Positions 28,303 through 38,500 of a stretch of DNA of 64,000 bases are shown in pieces. Source of the stretch: Myxococcota bacterium (GTDB lineage Bacteria; Myxococcota; Kuafuiibacteriia; Kuafuiibacteriales; Kuafuiibacteriaceae); assembly GCA_050331295.1 (NCBI GenBank), contig JBHJGZ010000004.1, positions 477,008 to 541,007 of the forward strand, read 5' to 3'. The number at the start of each line of letters is the position of its first letter. Positions within the stretch are counted from its first letter, which is position 1. The notes below the pieces were generated by a model. It saw only the letters and a list, made by a program, of their open reading frames with translations. It was not told the origin of the DNA and made no database searches. The translations under genes and the position numbers were made by a program.

Positions 28303-30534
28303 TCACCGATTCAGCGCTTCCTCGAGTCCTTCATGAAAGGCTCGAGCCAGCGCGGCCACCGGAACTTCAAAATCACCTTCGATGATCAAGTGATCGCCTC
28401 CGACCCATCCGAGCGCCTGGGCGGGGCATCCCGCTCGTGTTGCAAATTCCAGGGCCTCTTCAAGGTCGTTCGACCGTACCGACATCACGACAAGGTCTGC
28501 GCCTTCACCAAACCACACCCGATGAGCATCCTCTTCGGCCAAATGAGTCGTAATTCGAGCTCCTCGGGTTCGATTCGGGTCCGAAACGCAGCATTCGGCC
28601 AAGGCGGTAGCAAGGCCGCCTTCGGCCGCATCGTGGGCGGACTGCACAGGCAGCCGAGATACGAGGCCGAGGGTTGTCTCCAGCAACGTGCGAACCCCGT
28701 GATAGTCGGGCTCGACGGGCCGGCCCGTCAGCTCGCCATGCCTCATCAGCTGAATTTCCGAGCCGGCCCAACTCGCCCGGCGCGGGTCACCGAGCAAGAT
28801 GATCGCGTCGTCCTCGTTCTGGAAGGCAATACCGGGCACACGCCCTACATCATCGACCTTCCCCACCATCCCAATGGTCGGAGTGGGGAGAATCGGTCGC
28901 CCTTCGGTTTCGTTGTACAAGGAAACGTTTCCAGACACCACCGGTGTCTTCATCGCCTTGCAGGCCTCCGCCAACCCCTCGATCGCTTCGACCAGGGTCC
29001 ACATGACGCTCGGCTTTTCCGGGTTCCCAAAGTTCAAGCAGTCGGTCACCGCGAGTGGTACTGCACCCACGCAGGCAAGGTTGCGTGCGGCCTCGATGAC
29101 GCCGAGCGCCGCCCCCCTCCGCGGGTCCAGAGAAACCCAACGTCCGTTCATGTCCAAAGTGATGGCGACCCCTTTTCGGGTGTTTGAGGTGGGCCGTAGA
29201 CGATGATCGGTGAGGCGAACCACCGCAGCATCGGCTGAGCCGGGGCCAGCAACCGTCGACGCCCGGACCGTGCTATCGTACTGCTCGTATGCCCATCTCT
29301 TGCTGGTAATGGTTGGTCGGGCCAGGAGTGTAACCAGCGTGTCCGCCGGATCGTCGATCCTGACCGGTGGAGATGTCCAACGCTCAACGTGCTGGGCTGG
29401 CCGGGCATACGGACGATCATAGCTCGGCGCCGCATCCACCAGCAGGGAGGTGGGGAGGTCTGCCACGACGTCATCCCCGTCTTTGATCACCACGCGTCGC
29501 GAGCTCGTCACGCTTCCAACCACGGCCGACGCCAAGTCCCACTTGTCGAAAATTCGCTTCACCACGTGTTCCGTGCCGGGCCGAACCACCATCAGCATGC
29601 GCTCCTGGCTTTCCGACAACATGACCTCGTACGGCGTCATTCCAACCTCCCGCCGAGGCACACGCGCAGTGTCGATCTCGATTCCCACATCGCCTTTCGA
29701 GGCCATCTCACACGATGAGCTGGTCAAGCCGGCCGCTCCCATGTCCTGAATGGCCACGATGGTGTCCTCGTCCATCAACTCGAGACAAGCCTCCATGAGC
29801 TTCTTCTCGGTGAACGGATCTCCCACCTGGACTCTCGGCCGTTTGGACTCGCTCTCAGAACCGAACTCTTCCGAGGCCATGGTGGCGCCGTGAATCCCGT
29901 CGCGGCCGGTTCGGCTTCCGACGTAGACCACCGGGCTCCCCACGCCGGCTGCGGCGCTCCGAAAGATACGGTCGGAGCGAAGAAGTCCGAGCGTGAAGGC
30001 ATTTACGAGAATGTTTCCATCATAGCTGCGGTCGAACGCGATCTCTCCACCCACGGTGGGAACGCCCACGCAGTTCCCGTAGTGACCTATCCCGCCGACG
30101 ACACCCGCCATCAGGAACTTCATCCGTGGCGCCTCCGGCCTTCCGAATCGGAGTGAATTCAGGTTCGCAACCGGACGAGCTCCCATGGTGAAGACGTCGC
30201 GGAGAATGCCTCCCACCCCGGTGGCCGCGCCCTGGAAGGGCTCGATGAATGATGGGTGATTGTGGGACTCCATCTTGAAGGCGGCGGCTAGACCGTCGCC
30301 CAGGTCCACCACCCCTGCATTCTCGCCCGGACCCTGGAGGACCCAGGCCGCATCGGTCGGAAGCTTCTTCAGGTGCCTCCGACTACTCTTGTACGAGCAA
30401 TGCTCGCTCCACATCACACTGATAATGCCGAGCTCGACCCAAGTGGGAACGCGTCCGAGTGAGTCTACGACCTTGCGCCACTCATCCCGCGTCAGACCGT
30501 GAGTCAGGGCCGCTGCCTCATCTACTCTGGTCAC
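28303..30534 (-). CDS. purL: Phosphoribosylformylglycinamidine synthase subunit PurL (FGAM synthase II)
   Basis: 743 aa with [36 protein letters not shown] and duplicated AIR-synthase-related domains. Confidence 0.95.
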   Translation of the reverse strand: MTRVDEAAALTHGLTRDEWRKVVDSLGRVPTWVELGIISVMWSEHCSYKSSRRHLKKLPTDAAWVLQGPGENAGVVDLGDGLAAAFKMESHNHPSFIEPFQGAATGVGGILRDVFTMGARPVANLNSLRFGRPEAPRMKFLMAGVVGGIGHYGNCVGVPTVGGEIAFDRSYDGNILVNAFTLGLLRSDRIFRSAAAGVGSPVVYVGSRTGRDGIHGATMASEEFGSESESKRPRVQVGDPFTEKKLMEACLELMDEDTIVAIQDMGAAGLTSSSCEMASKGDVGIEIDTARVPRREVGMTPYEVMLSESQERMLMVVRPGTEHVVKRIFDKWDLASAVVGSVTSSRRVVIKDGDDVVADLPTSLLVDAAPSYDRPYARPAQHVERWTSPPVRIDDPADTLVTLLARPTITSKRWAYEQYDSTVRASTVAGPGSADAAVVRLTDHRLRPTSNTRKGVAITLDMNGRWVSLDPRRGAALGVIEAARNLACVGAVPLAVTDCLNFGNPEKPSVMWTLVEAIEGLAEACKAMKTPVVSGNVSLYNETEGRPILPTPTIGMVGKVDDVGRVPGIAFQNEDDAIILLGDPRRASWAGSEIQLMRHGELTGRPVEPDYHGVRTLLETTLGLVSRLPVQSAHDAAEGGLATALAECCVSDPNRTRGARITTHLAEEDAHRVWFGEGADLVVMSVRSNDLEEALEFATRAGCPAQALGWVGGDHLIIEGDFEVPVAALARAFHEGLEEALNR

Positions 30535-31211
30535 AGCGAACCTGTTCTTTCGATGGAATTGAACAGGGACGAAAAGAGGTCGAGGCCATCCGAGCTCCCG
30601 AGGAGCGTTTCACAGGCACGCTCCGGATGGGGCATCAGGCCCAAGACCCGTCGGTTCTCGCTCACGAGACCGGCGATGTCGCGACTCGAACCGTTGGGGT
30701 TGCCCACGTAGCGGAATGCGATCCGGCCCTCGGACTCCAGTCGGTCCAGTTCCTCGTGCGGCGCGAAGTAACGGCCTTCGTGATGGGCGATGGGCAGCAT
30801 GAGCTCGACGCCGGTTGGCCAAGACTGCGTGTAAGGTGTTTCGGATGACTCGACGCGGAGTCGTTGGAGTCGACACACGAACGTTCGACGATCGTTCTGC
30901 AGCATCGCACCAGGCAGCAGTCCAGCCTCGAGGAGGATCTGAAAGCCGTTGCAGATGCCCATCACGAATCCGCCACCCTCCGCGAATGAGCGAACAGAAG
31001 CCATGATCGGCGAGAATCTGGCCAGCGCCCCCGAGCGAAGCGCGTCGCCATAGCTGAAGCCTCCGGGGAGAATGACCAGGTCGGTCCCCTTCGGTAGGAC
31101 CCGTTCTCGATGCCATACCGATGATACAGAACGGCCAAACACGTTCTCCAACACGTGAACCGTGTCTTGGTCGCAGTTGGACCCAGGAAAGGTGACCACC
31201 ACCGATTTCAA
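30531..31211 (-). CDS. purQ: Phosphoribosylformylglycinamidine synthase subunit PurQ (glutaminase)
   Basis: [15 protein letters not shown]...GICNGFQIL...HPER are class I GATase motifs. Start TTG giving MKSVVV; the track start 31259 adds an Arg-rich leader. 4-nt overlap with purL. Confidence 0.9.
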   Translation of the reverse strand: MKSVVVTFPGSNCDQDTVHVLENVFGRSVSSVWHRERVLPKGTDLVILPGGFSYGDALRSGALARFSPIMASVRSFAEGGGFVMGICNGFQILLEAGLLPGAMLQNDRRTFVCRLQRLRVESSETPYTQSWPTGVELMLPIAHHEGRYFAPHEELDRLESEGRIAFRYVGNPNGSSRDIAGLVSENRRVLGLMPHPERACETLLGSSDGLDLFSSLFNSIERTGSL

Positions 31212-31270
31212 CTCGATGATCCTCGAACTTCTAACGCGCCTGCGGCGCCCCTCCGGCAAGACCGATGACT

Positions 31271-31510
31271 TCAGGCCAGCTCGACCTGGAAGTCTTCGAT
31301 GACGGTGTTGGCCAGAAGCTTCTGGCTCATCTCCCGCAACCTTTCGGTCGCACGGTCGGCAGGCATGTCGTCGATTTCAAACTCGATCACCTTGCCGATT
31401 CGCACATCCTGGACCTCATCGAAGCCAAGCTGTCGCAGGCTGTCTCCGACCGCCTGTCCCGACGGATCCAGAACTCCTTCTCGGAGCGTCACGAGGACGC
31501 GAGCGCGCAT
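31271..31510 (-). CDS. purS: Phosphoribosylformylglycinamidine synthase subunit PurS
   Basis: 79 aa beginning MRARVLVTLREGVLDPSGQAV... Confidence 0.9.
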   Translation of the reverse strand: MRARVLVTLREGVLDPSGQAVGDSLRQLGFDEVQDVRIGKVIEFEIDDMPADRATERLREMSQKLLANTVIEDFQVELA

Positions 31511-31669
31511 CTCTCGTGGACGACCTAGCAGGCAGCTCTTTTTGAGTCAATGTTTAGGTGCTGAACTCCAGATTTCAAAAACAAACCTACAAGCATCAAG
31601 TTGATTCAGGGGACATCCAATCCGCTGACCCGCCCCCTCCAGCGACGACGTACCCGCTTCAGCACCCGC
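31511..31669. promoter_or_regulatory. AT-rich intergenic island between topA stop and purS start; presumed purSQL-operon promoter and topA transcription-end region
   Basis: 159 bp containing ~80 nt of about 35-40% GC (tttttgagtcaatgtttaggtg...gatttcaaaaacaaacctacaagcatcaagttgattc) in a 65% GC background. The minus strand carries TTGACT, then a 17-nt spacer, then a weak TAGGTC. Confidence 0.35.
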
Positions 31670-34537
31670 TCAGGAACCTTCGGACGCCGCGAGCGAACCC
31701 ACCGGTCGGGGCTTCGACGCCTTCTTCGTCCTCGCCTTCTTTTTCTTAGCGGCCTTGCGAGGACCTGCACTCTTCTTGCTCGAAGCTTTCTTGGCCGCCG
31801 CTTTCTTGGCTGAAGCCTTCTTCGACGCAGCCTTCTTTCGGCTCGTTTTCTTGGTCGACTGCTTCTTCGCCGTCTTCTTTTTTTGGGCCGGTTTGTCCGC
31901 GTCCTCGGTCCCCTTCGCTCCTCGGCCGGGTCGAGGCGGAAAGTCGAACCCATGTCGGCCATTGTCTCTCAAATACAAAATGGCCGAGAAGGGCCGCCCC
32001 CGACGAGAGGTGAACTCCTCCAAAAGCGGAGTCTTCCCGTCGCGGAGGTAGGTTTCCGCTTCGCTTCGGGTGATCTCCCGCTTGCACACCGTCCGGGGAA
32101 GAAGGAACCCGCAATAGTCCATGCCTTCCGGAATCTTCCGGGGCCCGATGGTCATCGCGTACGTGTCATCACGACCGAGTGCTCGAATCACTTCCAGGCC
32201 CCGGCTGCAGACAAAGGTCTGACGTGTTTCGACTACTTTTCCTGCATTACACACCGGACAGGATCCGAGGGGCGTCTCGTCGACCTCGTATTCGGGGACA
32301 TCGCTCGCATCCTCAGAGTCTCCACCCTCGAGGCGATTCAATTCGACGTCTTTGTCGTGAAGAACCAGTTCTCCGCGATACGACCGGCCCTGCTGGGTCA
32401 TGAATCCGTCCAGCGGACGGGACTTTCCTTGCTCCAGGAGCTCGGTCACGGTCTTCCGGTCGATATACCGATTGGACTTATCCTTCCAGACTCGGAACTC
32501 ACAATCCTCGATGAGGTCGATGCCGGCTTCGGCCATCTTCTTCCGTTTTCGCTGGTTGGTCTCGAGTCCTTCCGGTTCCTTGCATCGATAGAACCAACTG
32601 CGTTCGTACACCGGCCGTTTCTTGTCGCACGGACAAAGACCGAGCGGTGCCCGGTCCGGAAACAGATCCTCGAACTCGAAATTCTTGGTCAGATCCACGA
32701 TCTCCTCTGCGTATTCGTAGATCTCGTCCATGAACGCGTCGCCCTTCATCTTTCCGCGTTCGACCTGCGCGAGGTGCTGCTCGAGCTCACCCGTGAGTGC
32801 AGGTGAAGCCAGCCGCTCCGCTCTCATTCGTCTGAGTATATCAATGAGTCGGATACCTTTGACCGAGGCCTTCAAGCCTCTGCCGGCCCGTAGGACGTAA
32901 CCCTTCGAGATCAGATTCTCGATGATCTCGGCTCGGGTAGCAGGTGTCCCGATGCCTGAATCCTTCATCGCTTCGGCAGCCTCCTCGTCGTCGACGAATC
33001 GTCCCGCCGTCTCCATGAGGGAGAGAAGCCTCGCTTCCGAGAGGCGATTCGGAGGCTTCGTCTGGTCTGCATCGAGCTCAACGCTTTCGGTTTCGACCCC
33101 CACACCATCCGTGGATTCGGCATCGGAGATTCGTCCAGTGACGGGGCGCAGAGGCACGAGTTTGCCTTCACCCTCGGTTTCGCCCATGACCTCTCGCCAT
33201 CCGGCGTCTTGCAGAAAACGGGCGGACGACCGAAAGTGTTCGCCTTCGACGACGGTGGTTCGATTGATTCGAATCCAGGTTGCCGGTCCGAAAAAGGTCG
33301 CCAGGAACCGACGCGTTACGAGGTCGAACAACCGAGCGTCGTCGCCACCGAGGTCCGTGACCAGAGTTCCGGTGGGCACGATAGCGAAGTGATCCGAGAC
33401 CTTGCTGTCGTCGAAGACCCGTTTCGTGTTCAGAAGACCATCTTTCTTCAGCGCGCTACACGCCTTGGCGAACCGGTCATCGGAAGCGAGTTGGTCAATG
33501 ACGTCGTCGACAACCGAACGGTAGTCACTGGGAAGTGCCTTCGAATCGGTACGGGGATACGTCAAGATCTTGTGCCCCTCATAGCAACGCTGAGCGGCAT
33601 TGAGGGTGCGACGGGCGGACCAACCGAATCGACTGTTGGCGGTTCGCTGGAGGCTCGTCAGATCGAACAACGCGGGCGCCAGCTCCGTACTCGGTTTGAG
33701 GGTCTCGCTGGCGAGCCCAGCCTTTCCTTGGACCTTCGCCACCACGTCCTTCGCCTTGCCCTCTTCGAAGATCCTGTCGTCTCGAGCCTCCTCTCGGCTG
33801 GGGTCGGACTTGAAGCTGGGGTCGAACCAAACGCCTTCGTAGCCGTCATCTCCGTGGAGAAACTGAGCTTTTACCCGCCAGAAGGCCTTTGGGACGTGAC
33901 TTAGAATCTCCAGTTCACGGTCCACCAGCATCGCCAATGTCGGCGTTTGGACCCTTCCCGCGGACCAGCCTCCAACTTCGCTCCGGGTCTTGAGACGCTT
34001 GGTGAGCGCTCGGGACGCGTTCATGCCGATGAGCCAATCCGAATAGGTGCGGCAATAGGCGGCGGTCTTCAAGCCGTCGTATCTCGAGCCTGGCTGGAGT
34101 TTGGCAAAACCTTTGCGAATCGCATCTTTGGTCATCGACTGAAGCCAAAGGCGCTCGACCGGCTTCCGACTCTCGAAGTAGTCGGCGATCTCCCGAAAGA
34201 TCAGCTCGCCTTCCCGGCCTGCGTCGCAAGCGTTGACCAGTCCCTCGACGTCATCTCGCTTGAGTAGCTTCTTGAGGGTCTTGAGGCGCTCATCTGTCTT
34301 TTTCTTTGGTTTGAGTGGAATAACCTTCGGATTGATGGGCAAGGCGTCGAGGGTCCAAGCTTTCCATTTGGGATCGACCTCTTCTGGCTGCATCAACTCG
34401 AACAGATGACCGACGGCAAAGGTGACGACGAAATCCTCGTTTTCCCAGTATCCGTCGTGCTCAGAGAAGCCTCCGAGGGAAGCCACGATATCTCGCGCTA
34501 CACTCGGCTTCTCCGTGATGACTAGGCGTTTGCCCAT
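31670..34537 (-). CDS. topA: DNA topoisomerase I with C-terminal zinc-ribbon repeats and Lys/Ala-rich basic tail
   Basis: MGKRLVITEKPSVARDI, TFAVGHLFEL and catalytic Tyr region GHKILTYPRTDSKAL. C-terminal Cys4 ribbons (CPVCNAG...C). Final ~75 aa KPAQKKKTAKKQSTKKTSRKKAASKKASAKKAAAKK. The track start 34588 precedes the conserved MGKR. Confidence 0.95.
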   Translation of the reverse strand: MGKRLVITEKPSVARDIVASLGGFSEHDGYWENEDFVVTFAVGHLFELMQPEEVDPKWKAWTLDALPINPKVIPLKPKKKTDERLKTLKKLLKRDDVEGLVNACDAGREGELIFREIADYFESRKPVERLWLQSMTKDAIRKGFAKLQPGSRYDGLKTAAYCRTYSDWLIGMNASRALTKRLKTRSEVGGWSAGRVQTPTLAMLVDRELEILSHVPKAFWRVKAQFLHGDDGYEGVWFDPSFKSDPSREEARDDRIFEEGKAKDVVAKVQGKAGLASETLKPSTELAPALFDLTSLQRTANSRFGWSARRTLNAAQRCYEGHKILTYPRTDSKALPSDYRSVVDDVIDQLASDDRFAKACSALKKDGLLNTKRVFDDSKVSDHFAIVPTGTLVTDLGGDDARLFDLVTRRFLATFFGPATWIRINRTTVVEGEHFRSSARFLQDAGWREVMGETEGEGKLVPLRPVTGRISDAESTDGVGVETESVELDADQTKPPNRLSEARLLSLMETAGRFVDDEEAAEAMKDSGIGTPATRAEIIENLISKGYVLRAGRGLKASVKGIRLIDILRRMRAERLASPALTGELEQHLAQVERGKMKGDAFMDEIYEYAEEIVDLTKNFEFEDLFPDRAPLGLCPCDKKRPVYERSWFYRCKEPEGLETNQRKRKKMAEAGIDLIEDCEFRVWKDKSNRYIDRKTVTELLEQGKSRPLDGFMTQQGRSYRGELVLHDKDVELNRLEGGDSEDASDVPEYEVDETPLGSCPVCNAGKVVETRQTFVCSRGLEVIRALGRDDTYAMTIGPRKIPEGMDYCGFLLPRTVCKREITRSEAETYLRDGKTPLLEEFTSRRGRPFSAILYLRDNGRHGFDFPPRPGRGAKGTEDADKPAQKKKTAKKQSTKKTSRKKAASKKASAKKAAAKKASSKKSAGPRKAAKKKKARTKKASKPRPVGSLAASEGS

Positions 34538-34671
34538 GACGCCGCAGCAAAGACACAAGCTGACCGGGTGCGCAAGTCCAGCCCGCACAGTGAACGGCGC
34601 CAGCGCGCTCCTCCGTCATGCAGGAGGGGTTGCGGCTCTCAGTAGACGATGAGTCGAAGGGTGGTCGGGCG

Positions 34672-36267
34672 CTAGGCGCGCGCCCGCGACACCGAGATGA
34701 CTCGCTGACCTGCGTCGACGTCGTATACGACCAACGGTACGCGGTCTCCAGGCCGTAGGACCGACGTGAGGTCGGTCGGTTCGGACGCCCACTCCTCGGC
34801 GGGCAATCGACCCTCGATTCCGGGCTCGAGCTCGACGTAGGCTTCGTCGCGGCGGACCTTGAGGGCCCGTCCTTCCACCGACGAACCCGGCTGAAGGTAG
34901 TCCGGCATCGCCCGCCACGGGTCGTCGGTCAGCTGCTTGACGCCGAGACTGAAGCGCTCGTTTTCCACGTCCACGTTTAGGACCACCGCTTCTACGTCGA
35001 GATTCTCTTCGTACAGGTCCGACGGGTGACGAAAGTTCCCGGCCCAAGACAGATCGGACACATGGACGAGGCCGTCGATGCCTTCTTCTACCCCAACGAA
35101 GATTCCGAAGTCGGTGATGTTTCGGATCGGTCCCGCGATCACGGTTCCGACCGGATACTTCTTGGCCAACAGCGCCCAAGGGTTCGGCTCGGTCTGCTTG
35201 ATTCCGAGCGAGATGCGTTTTTGCGAGATGTCGATATCCAACACGATCGCATCCACCTCGTCACCGATGCTGTACAGCTTTGAAGGATGCTTCACCCGCT
35301 TCGTCCATGACATTTCCGTCACGTGGACGAGGCCTTCGATCCCGGGCTGGATTTCGACGAAGGCTCCGTAGTCGGTCAGGCTCACAATCGAACCGCGGAC
35401 ACGAGTCCCAACTGCGAAGTGTTGGTCGGCTTCGGTCCACGGGTCGTCTTGAATCTGCTTGAGTCCCAGTGAGACCCGTTCGGTGCTGGCGTCGAATTTC
35501 AAGACCTTTACGCGAAGGTCGTCTCCCACCTTGAAGAGGTCCGAGGGATGATTGAGTCGCCCCCAACTCATGTCGGTGATGTGAAGCAGGCCGTCGATGC
35601 CTCCCAGATCGATGAAAGCTCCGTACTCGGTGAGATTCTTGACCGTACCATCCAAGATCGCGCCTTCCTGAAGCTTGGCGAGGGTCTGCGTCTTCTGTTC
35701 TTCGCGCTCCTTCTCCAGGACGGCTCGGCGCGACAAAACAATATTGTTTCTCCGCTTGTTAAACTTGATGACCTGAAATCGATGTCGCTCCCCCACCATC
35801 TTGTCGAGGTTGCGGACCGGCCGGATGTCCACTTGGGAGCCCGGTAGAAACGCCTTGACCCCGATGTCGACTTGGAGCCCGCCTTTCACTCGGGCCAAGA
35901 CGACTCCTTCGATCGGTGTTCCTGAATCGTAGGCCGCCCCGATGTCGTCCCAAACCCGCATGCGGTCGGCTTTCTCTTTGCTCAGAACGCACAGGCCGTC
36001 CGCGTTTTCGCGTTTGGACTCGACGAGTACTTGAATGACTTCGCCTTCTTTGACCTTGAGGCGACCGTCCTCTCCTCGGCTGAACTCGGAGGCGCGGACG
36101 ACGCCCTCCGACTTGAAACCGAAGTCGACGATCACCTGGTCTTTTTGAACCGCGACGACGGTGCCATCGACGATGTCGCCCTCGCGGATCTCCTTCTCTT
36201 CAAAGCTCTGTTCGAGCATGTCGATGAACGACATGTCGTCTGGGTTGGGTGGGTTGGTTCCGGACAT
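34672..36267 (-). CDS. rpsA: 30S ribosomal protein S1
   Basis: 531 aa with six S1 domains (repeated GxxVxGxVxxIxxFGAFVxL). The N-terminal EGDIVDGTVVAV matches the S1 start. Confidence 0.95.
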   Translation of the reverse strand: MSGTNPPNPDDMSFIDMLEQSFEEKEIREGDIVDGTVVAVQKDQVIVDFGFKSEGVVRASEFSRGEDGRLKVKEGEVIQVLVESKRENADGLCVLSKEKADRMRVWDDIGAAYDSGTPIEGVVLARVKGGLQVDIGVKAFLPGSQVDIRPVRNLDKMVGERHRFQVIKFNKRRNNIVLSRRAVLEKEREEQKTQTLAKLQEGAILDGTVKNLTEYGAFIDLGGIDGLLHITDMSWGRLNHPSDLFKVGDDLRVKVLKFDASTERVSLGLKQIQDDPWTEADQHFAVGTRVRGSIVSLTDYGAFVEIQPGIEGLVHVTEMSWTKRVKHPSKLYSIGDEVDAIVLDIDISQKRISLGIKQTEPNPWALLAKKYPVGTVIAGPIRNITDFGIFVGVEEGIDGLVHVSDLSWAGNFRHPSDLYEENLDVEAVVLNVDVENERFSLGVKQLTDDPWRAMPDYLQPGSSVEGRALKVRRDEAYVELEPGIEGRLPAEEWASEPTDLTSVLRPGDRVPLVVYDVDAGQRVISVSRARA

Positions 36268-36647
36268 TCGAATGTGCTCAATCGACCGTTCCCATTAGGG
36301 GTAGCGATCGAATCGCCGGCGGAGGCGACGCTCGCCGATACGTTTCGCCTTCAAGCCGAGGGTTCTCAGAAGACGACGAAACGCGTCCGTCGACGCCGCA
36401 GACGGTAATTTTGGCCCTTCTGCATGTCAAAGGAATCTTGAGGCGTTTCGACACTGGGGTTAGCGAGCGGTCCTAAGCGCGGCCGGGCTCTCGCCCGCTC
36501 CGAGCCCAGCAATGAACCTCCTTCGCGACCGGGCTGTTTGACAGCAGATCGGGTCGCGGCTAGGGTTCGCACGCCGGACGAAATTCGGCTTAAATCGCGG
36601 GATCACGCGTCGATTTCGGCAATCGAGGACATCTCAGGAAGACGTAC

Positions 36648-37295
36648 ATGGCAGAGCTTGGCCACACCATTCAGAACGGCGGACCCTTCATGATCATGAA
36701 CATCGGGTTCTTGATCATTTCCATCGCGGTCATCATCGACCGCAGTATCGCGGTGTTCTTTCAGCTGCCCCTAGACGGGAACCGTTTCATGGCCCAGGTC
36801 GAGAAGCTGGTGGTCAGCAACAACATCGACAAGGCGGTCAAGTTGTGCAACGCCGCGCCCAAGGCGGCCTTGGCCCGGGTCCTGCGCGCGGGCCTGACCC
36901 GTGCCAACCGGGGGGTTCTCGAGATCGGCAATGCGATTGAGGAGGAAACCCTGTCTGTGACGCCTCAGGTCATGAAGCGCGTTTCTGCACTCTGGTCCCT
37001 GGCCAACATCGCGGTTCTCGTAGGTCTCTTGGGCACGGTGACCGGCCTCATCAAGGCGTTCGGAGCCCTTGGTCAGGCCGCTCCCGAGCAGCGGCAAGAG
37101 CTTCTCACGGTGGGTATCTCGGAAGCGCTCAACAACACCGCTTTCGGACTTTTCATCGCGGTGACGTGCATCACTGCCCACCTGGTCATCAATGGTCGGG
37201 CGAAGCGGATCGTGGAGGAGATCGAACTCCACAGCCTGAAGCTGGAAAACATGCTGACCCGACGGGCGGTCGCCGAACTCCCCGAAGGACGCTGA
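36648..37295 (+). CDS. exbB: MotA/TolQ/ExbB family proton-channel protein
   Basis: AGGAAG RBS. Three TM segments with the conserved LANIAVLVGLLGTVTGLIKAF...GISEALNNTAFGLFIAV region. Confidence 0.85.
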   Translation: MAELGHTIQNGGPFMIMNIGFLIISIAVIIDRSIAVFFQLPLDGNRFMAQVEKLVVSNNIDKAVKLCNAAPKAALARVLRAGLTRANRGVLEIGNAIEEETLSVTPQVMKRVSALWSLANIAVLVGLLGTVTGLIKAFGALGQAAPEQRQELLTVGISEALNNTAFGLFIAVTCITAHLVINGRAKRIVEEIELHSLKLENMLTRRAVAELPEGR

Positions 37296-37305
37296 GGTTC
37301 ACGTC

Positions 37306-37929
37306 GTGACTAGGCCTGGCGGTGACGGCTTTTCCGCCACGACCGGCACGTTCTCGCATCCGGATGTCGCCTACTTCCGGAAAAAGCGTCGCCCCAGATT
37401 GGAAACCGAGTCGCCGGAAGAGTCTGGTGAGCTGAACATCGTTCCATATCTCGATATCATCGTGAACCTGATCATCTTCCTTTTGGTGATTCAGGCGGTG
37501 CTCGTATCCGTCGGTATGATCGACGTGACTGCACCGACCTATGCTTCTTTGACGAGACCTCCGCCGGAACCCGGGGAAAAGGAAAACAAACTGAACCTCA
37601 CGGTGGGGGTTGCGCTCAACGGCTTTTACATCGCCGCCACCGGCGGGGTGTTGCCGGGTCAAACCGAGGAAGAGCAGACGAAGCAGCTCACGGCGGAGGA
37701 GGTTCAACAGCAACCTCCCACCATTCCACTCCGACCCGACGGCTCTTACGACTTCGAGACCTTGGCCCGAAAGCTCCGCACCATAAAGGAGGCGTTCCCA
37801 AAGACGAACGCGGTCAACATCGCCGCGGACAAAGAAATCACGTATGATCTCATCGTCAAGACCCTGGACACATCCCGAGAGGACGCCCGCGGTGAGCTGT
37901 TTCCGGGCGTCGTTTTCACGAAGTTCTGA
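37306..37929 (+). CDS. exbD: ExbD/TolR family protein (long form)
   Basis: ELNIVPYLDIIVNLIIFLLV is the ExbD TM signature. It carries a Pro/Glu/Gln-rich insert before the periplasmic domain. Confidence 0.8.
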   Translation: MTRPGGDGFSATTGTFSHPDVAYFRKKRRPRLETESPEESGELNIVPYLDIIVNLIIFLLVIQAVLVSVGMIDVTAPTYASLTRPPPEPGEKENKLNLTVGVALNGFYIAATGGVLPGQTEEEQTKQLTAEEVQQQPPTIPLRPDGSYDFETLARKLRTIKEAFPKTNAVNIAADKEITYDLIVKTLDTSREDARGELFPGVVFTKF

Positions 37930-37931
37930 CC

Positions 37932-38498
37932 ATGACCGCATCGACTGATCTCAGCCAACCCACGTCCAAAGGACTCTACGAGGCGGTGCGGTCCCGCCGC
38001 GCGACAAAGCGTCGGGGACGCAAGGACGAAGAAGAAATCACTTATCTCAACATCACGCCGATGTTGGACATGATGACGATCCTTCTGGTTTTTCTTCTCA
38101 AGAGCTTCGCCAGTTCTGCCTCGAACGTGAACGTGGCCAACCTGACGCTTCCCCACTCCACGACGAAGCTCAATGTCGAAGAAGCCATACAGATTTTGAT
38201 CACCGAGGATCAGATCCTCGTGGACAGCCAGCCGGTTTTGGCCCTCGGACCTCGAGCCAAGATCCCCAATGGCGATCTCCGCGGCAGCACGCTGGTCGGA
38301 CCGCTTTATGACGCTCTCTCCGCGAAAGCCGGCTACCTCAAGCGAATTCAGGAGTTCGGTGGTGCCCAGTTCAATGGCAAGGTCGCCATCGTAGCGGACC
38401 AACAGACGACCTACGAAACGGTGGAAAAAGTCCTCTACACCGCCGGACAGGCGGAATTCGGATTGTTTCGGCTGATCGTTCAAAAACCTGCCGGCTGA
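37932..38498 (+). CDS. exbD: ExbD/TolR family protein (second paralog)
   Basis: ITYLNITPMLDMMTILLVFLL. 2-nt gap from the first exbD and 2-nt gap to cmk. Confidence 0.8.
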   Translation: MTASTDLSQPTSKGLYEAVRSRRATKRRGRKDEEEITYLNITPMLDMMTILLVFLLKSFASSASNVNVANLTLPHSTTKLNVEEAIQILITEDQILVDSQPVLALGPRAKIPNGDLRGSTLVGPLYDALSAKAGYLKRIQEFGGAQFNGKVAIVADQQTTYETVEKVLYTAGQAEFGLFRLIVQKPAG

Positions 38499-38500
38499 CG

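Noticed and set aside
27025-28336. Plus-strand ORFs 27025..27678 and 27710..28336 (Phe/Ala-rich)
   Set aside because: These are antisense images of the Lys/Ala-rich gene (AAG codons read as CTT/TTC). The minus-strand frame has a structured C-domain and operon fit.
31606-32114. ORFs 31606..31962(-), 31746..32114(-) and 31755..32051(+) inside the topA 3' end
   Set aside because: They are frame-shifted readings of the Lys-rich repeat tail of topA, an artefact of the low-complexity sequence.
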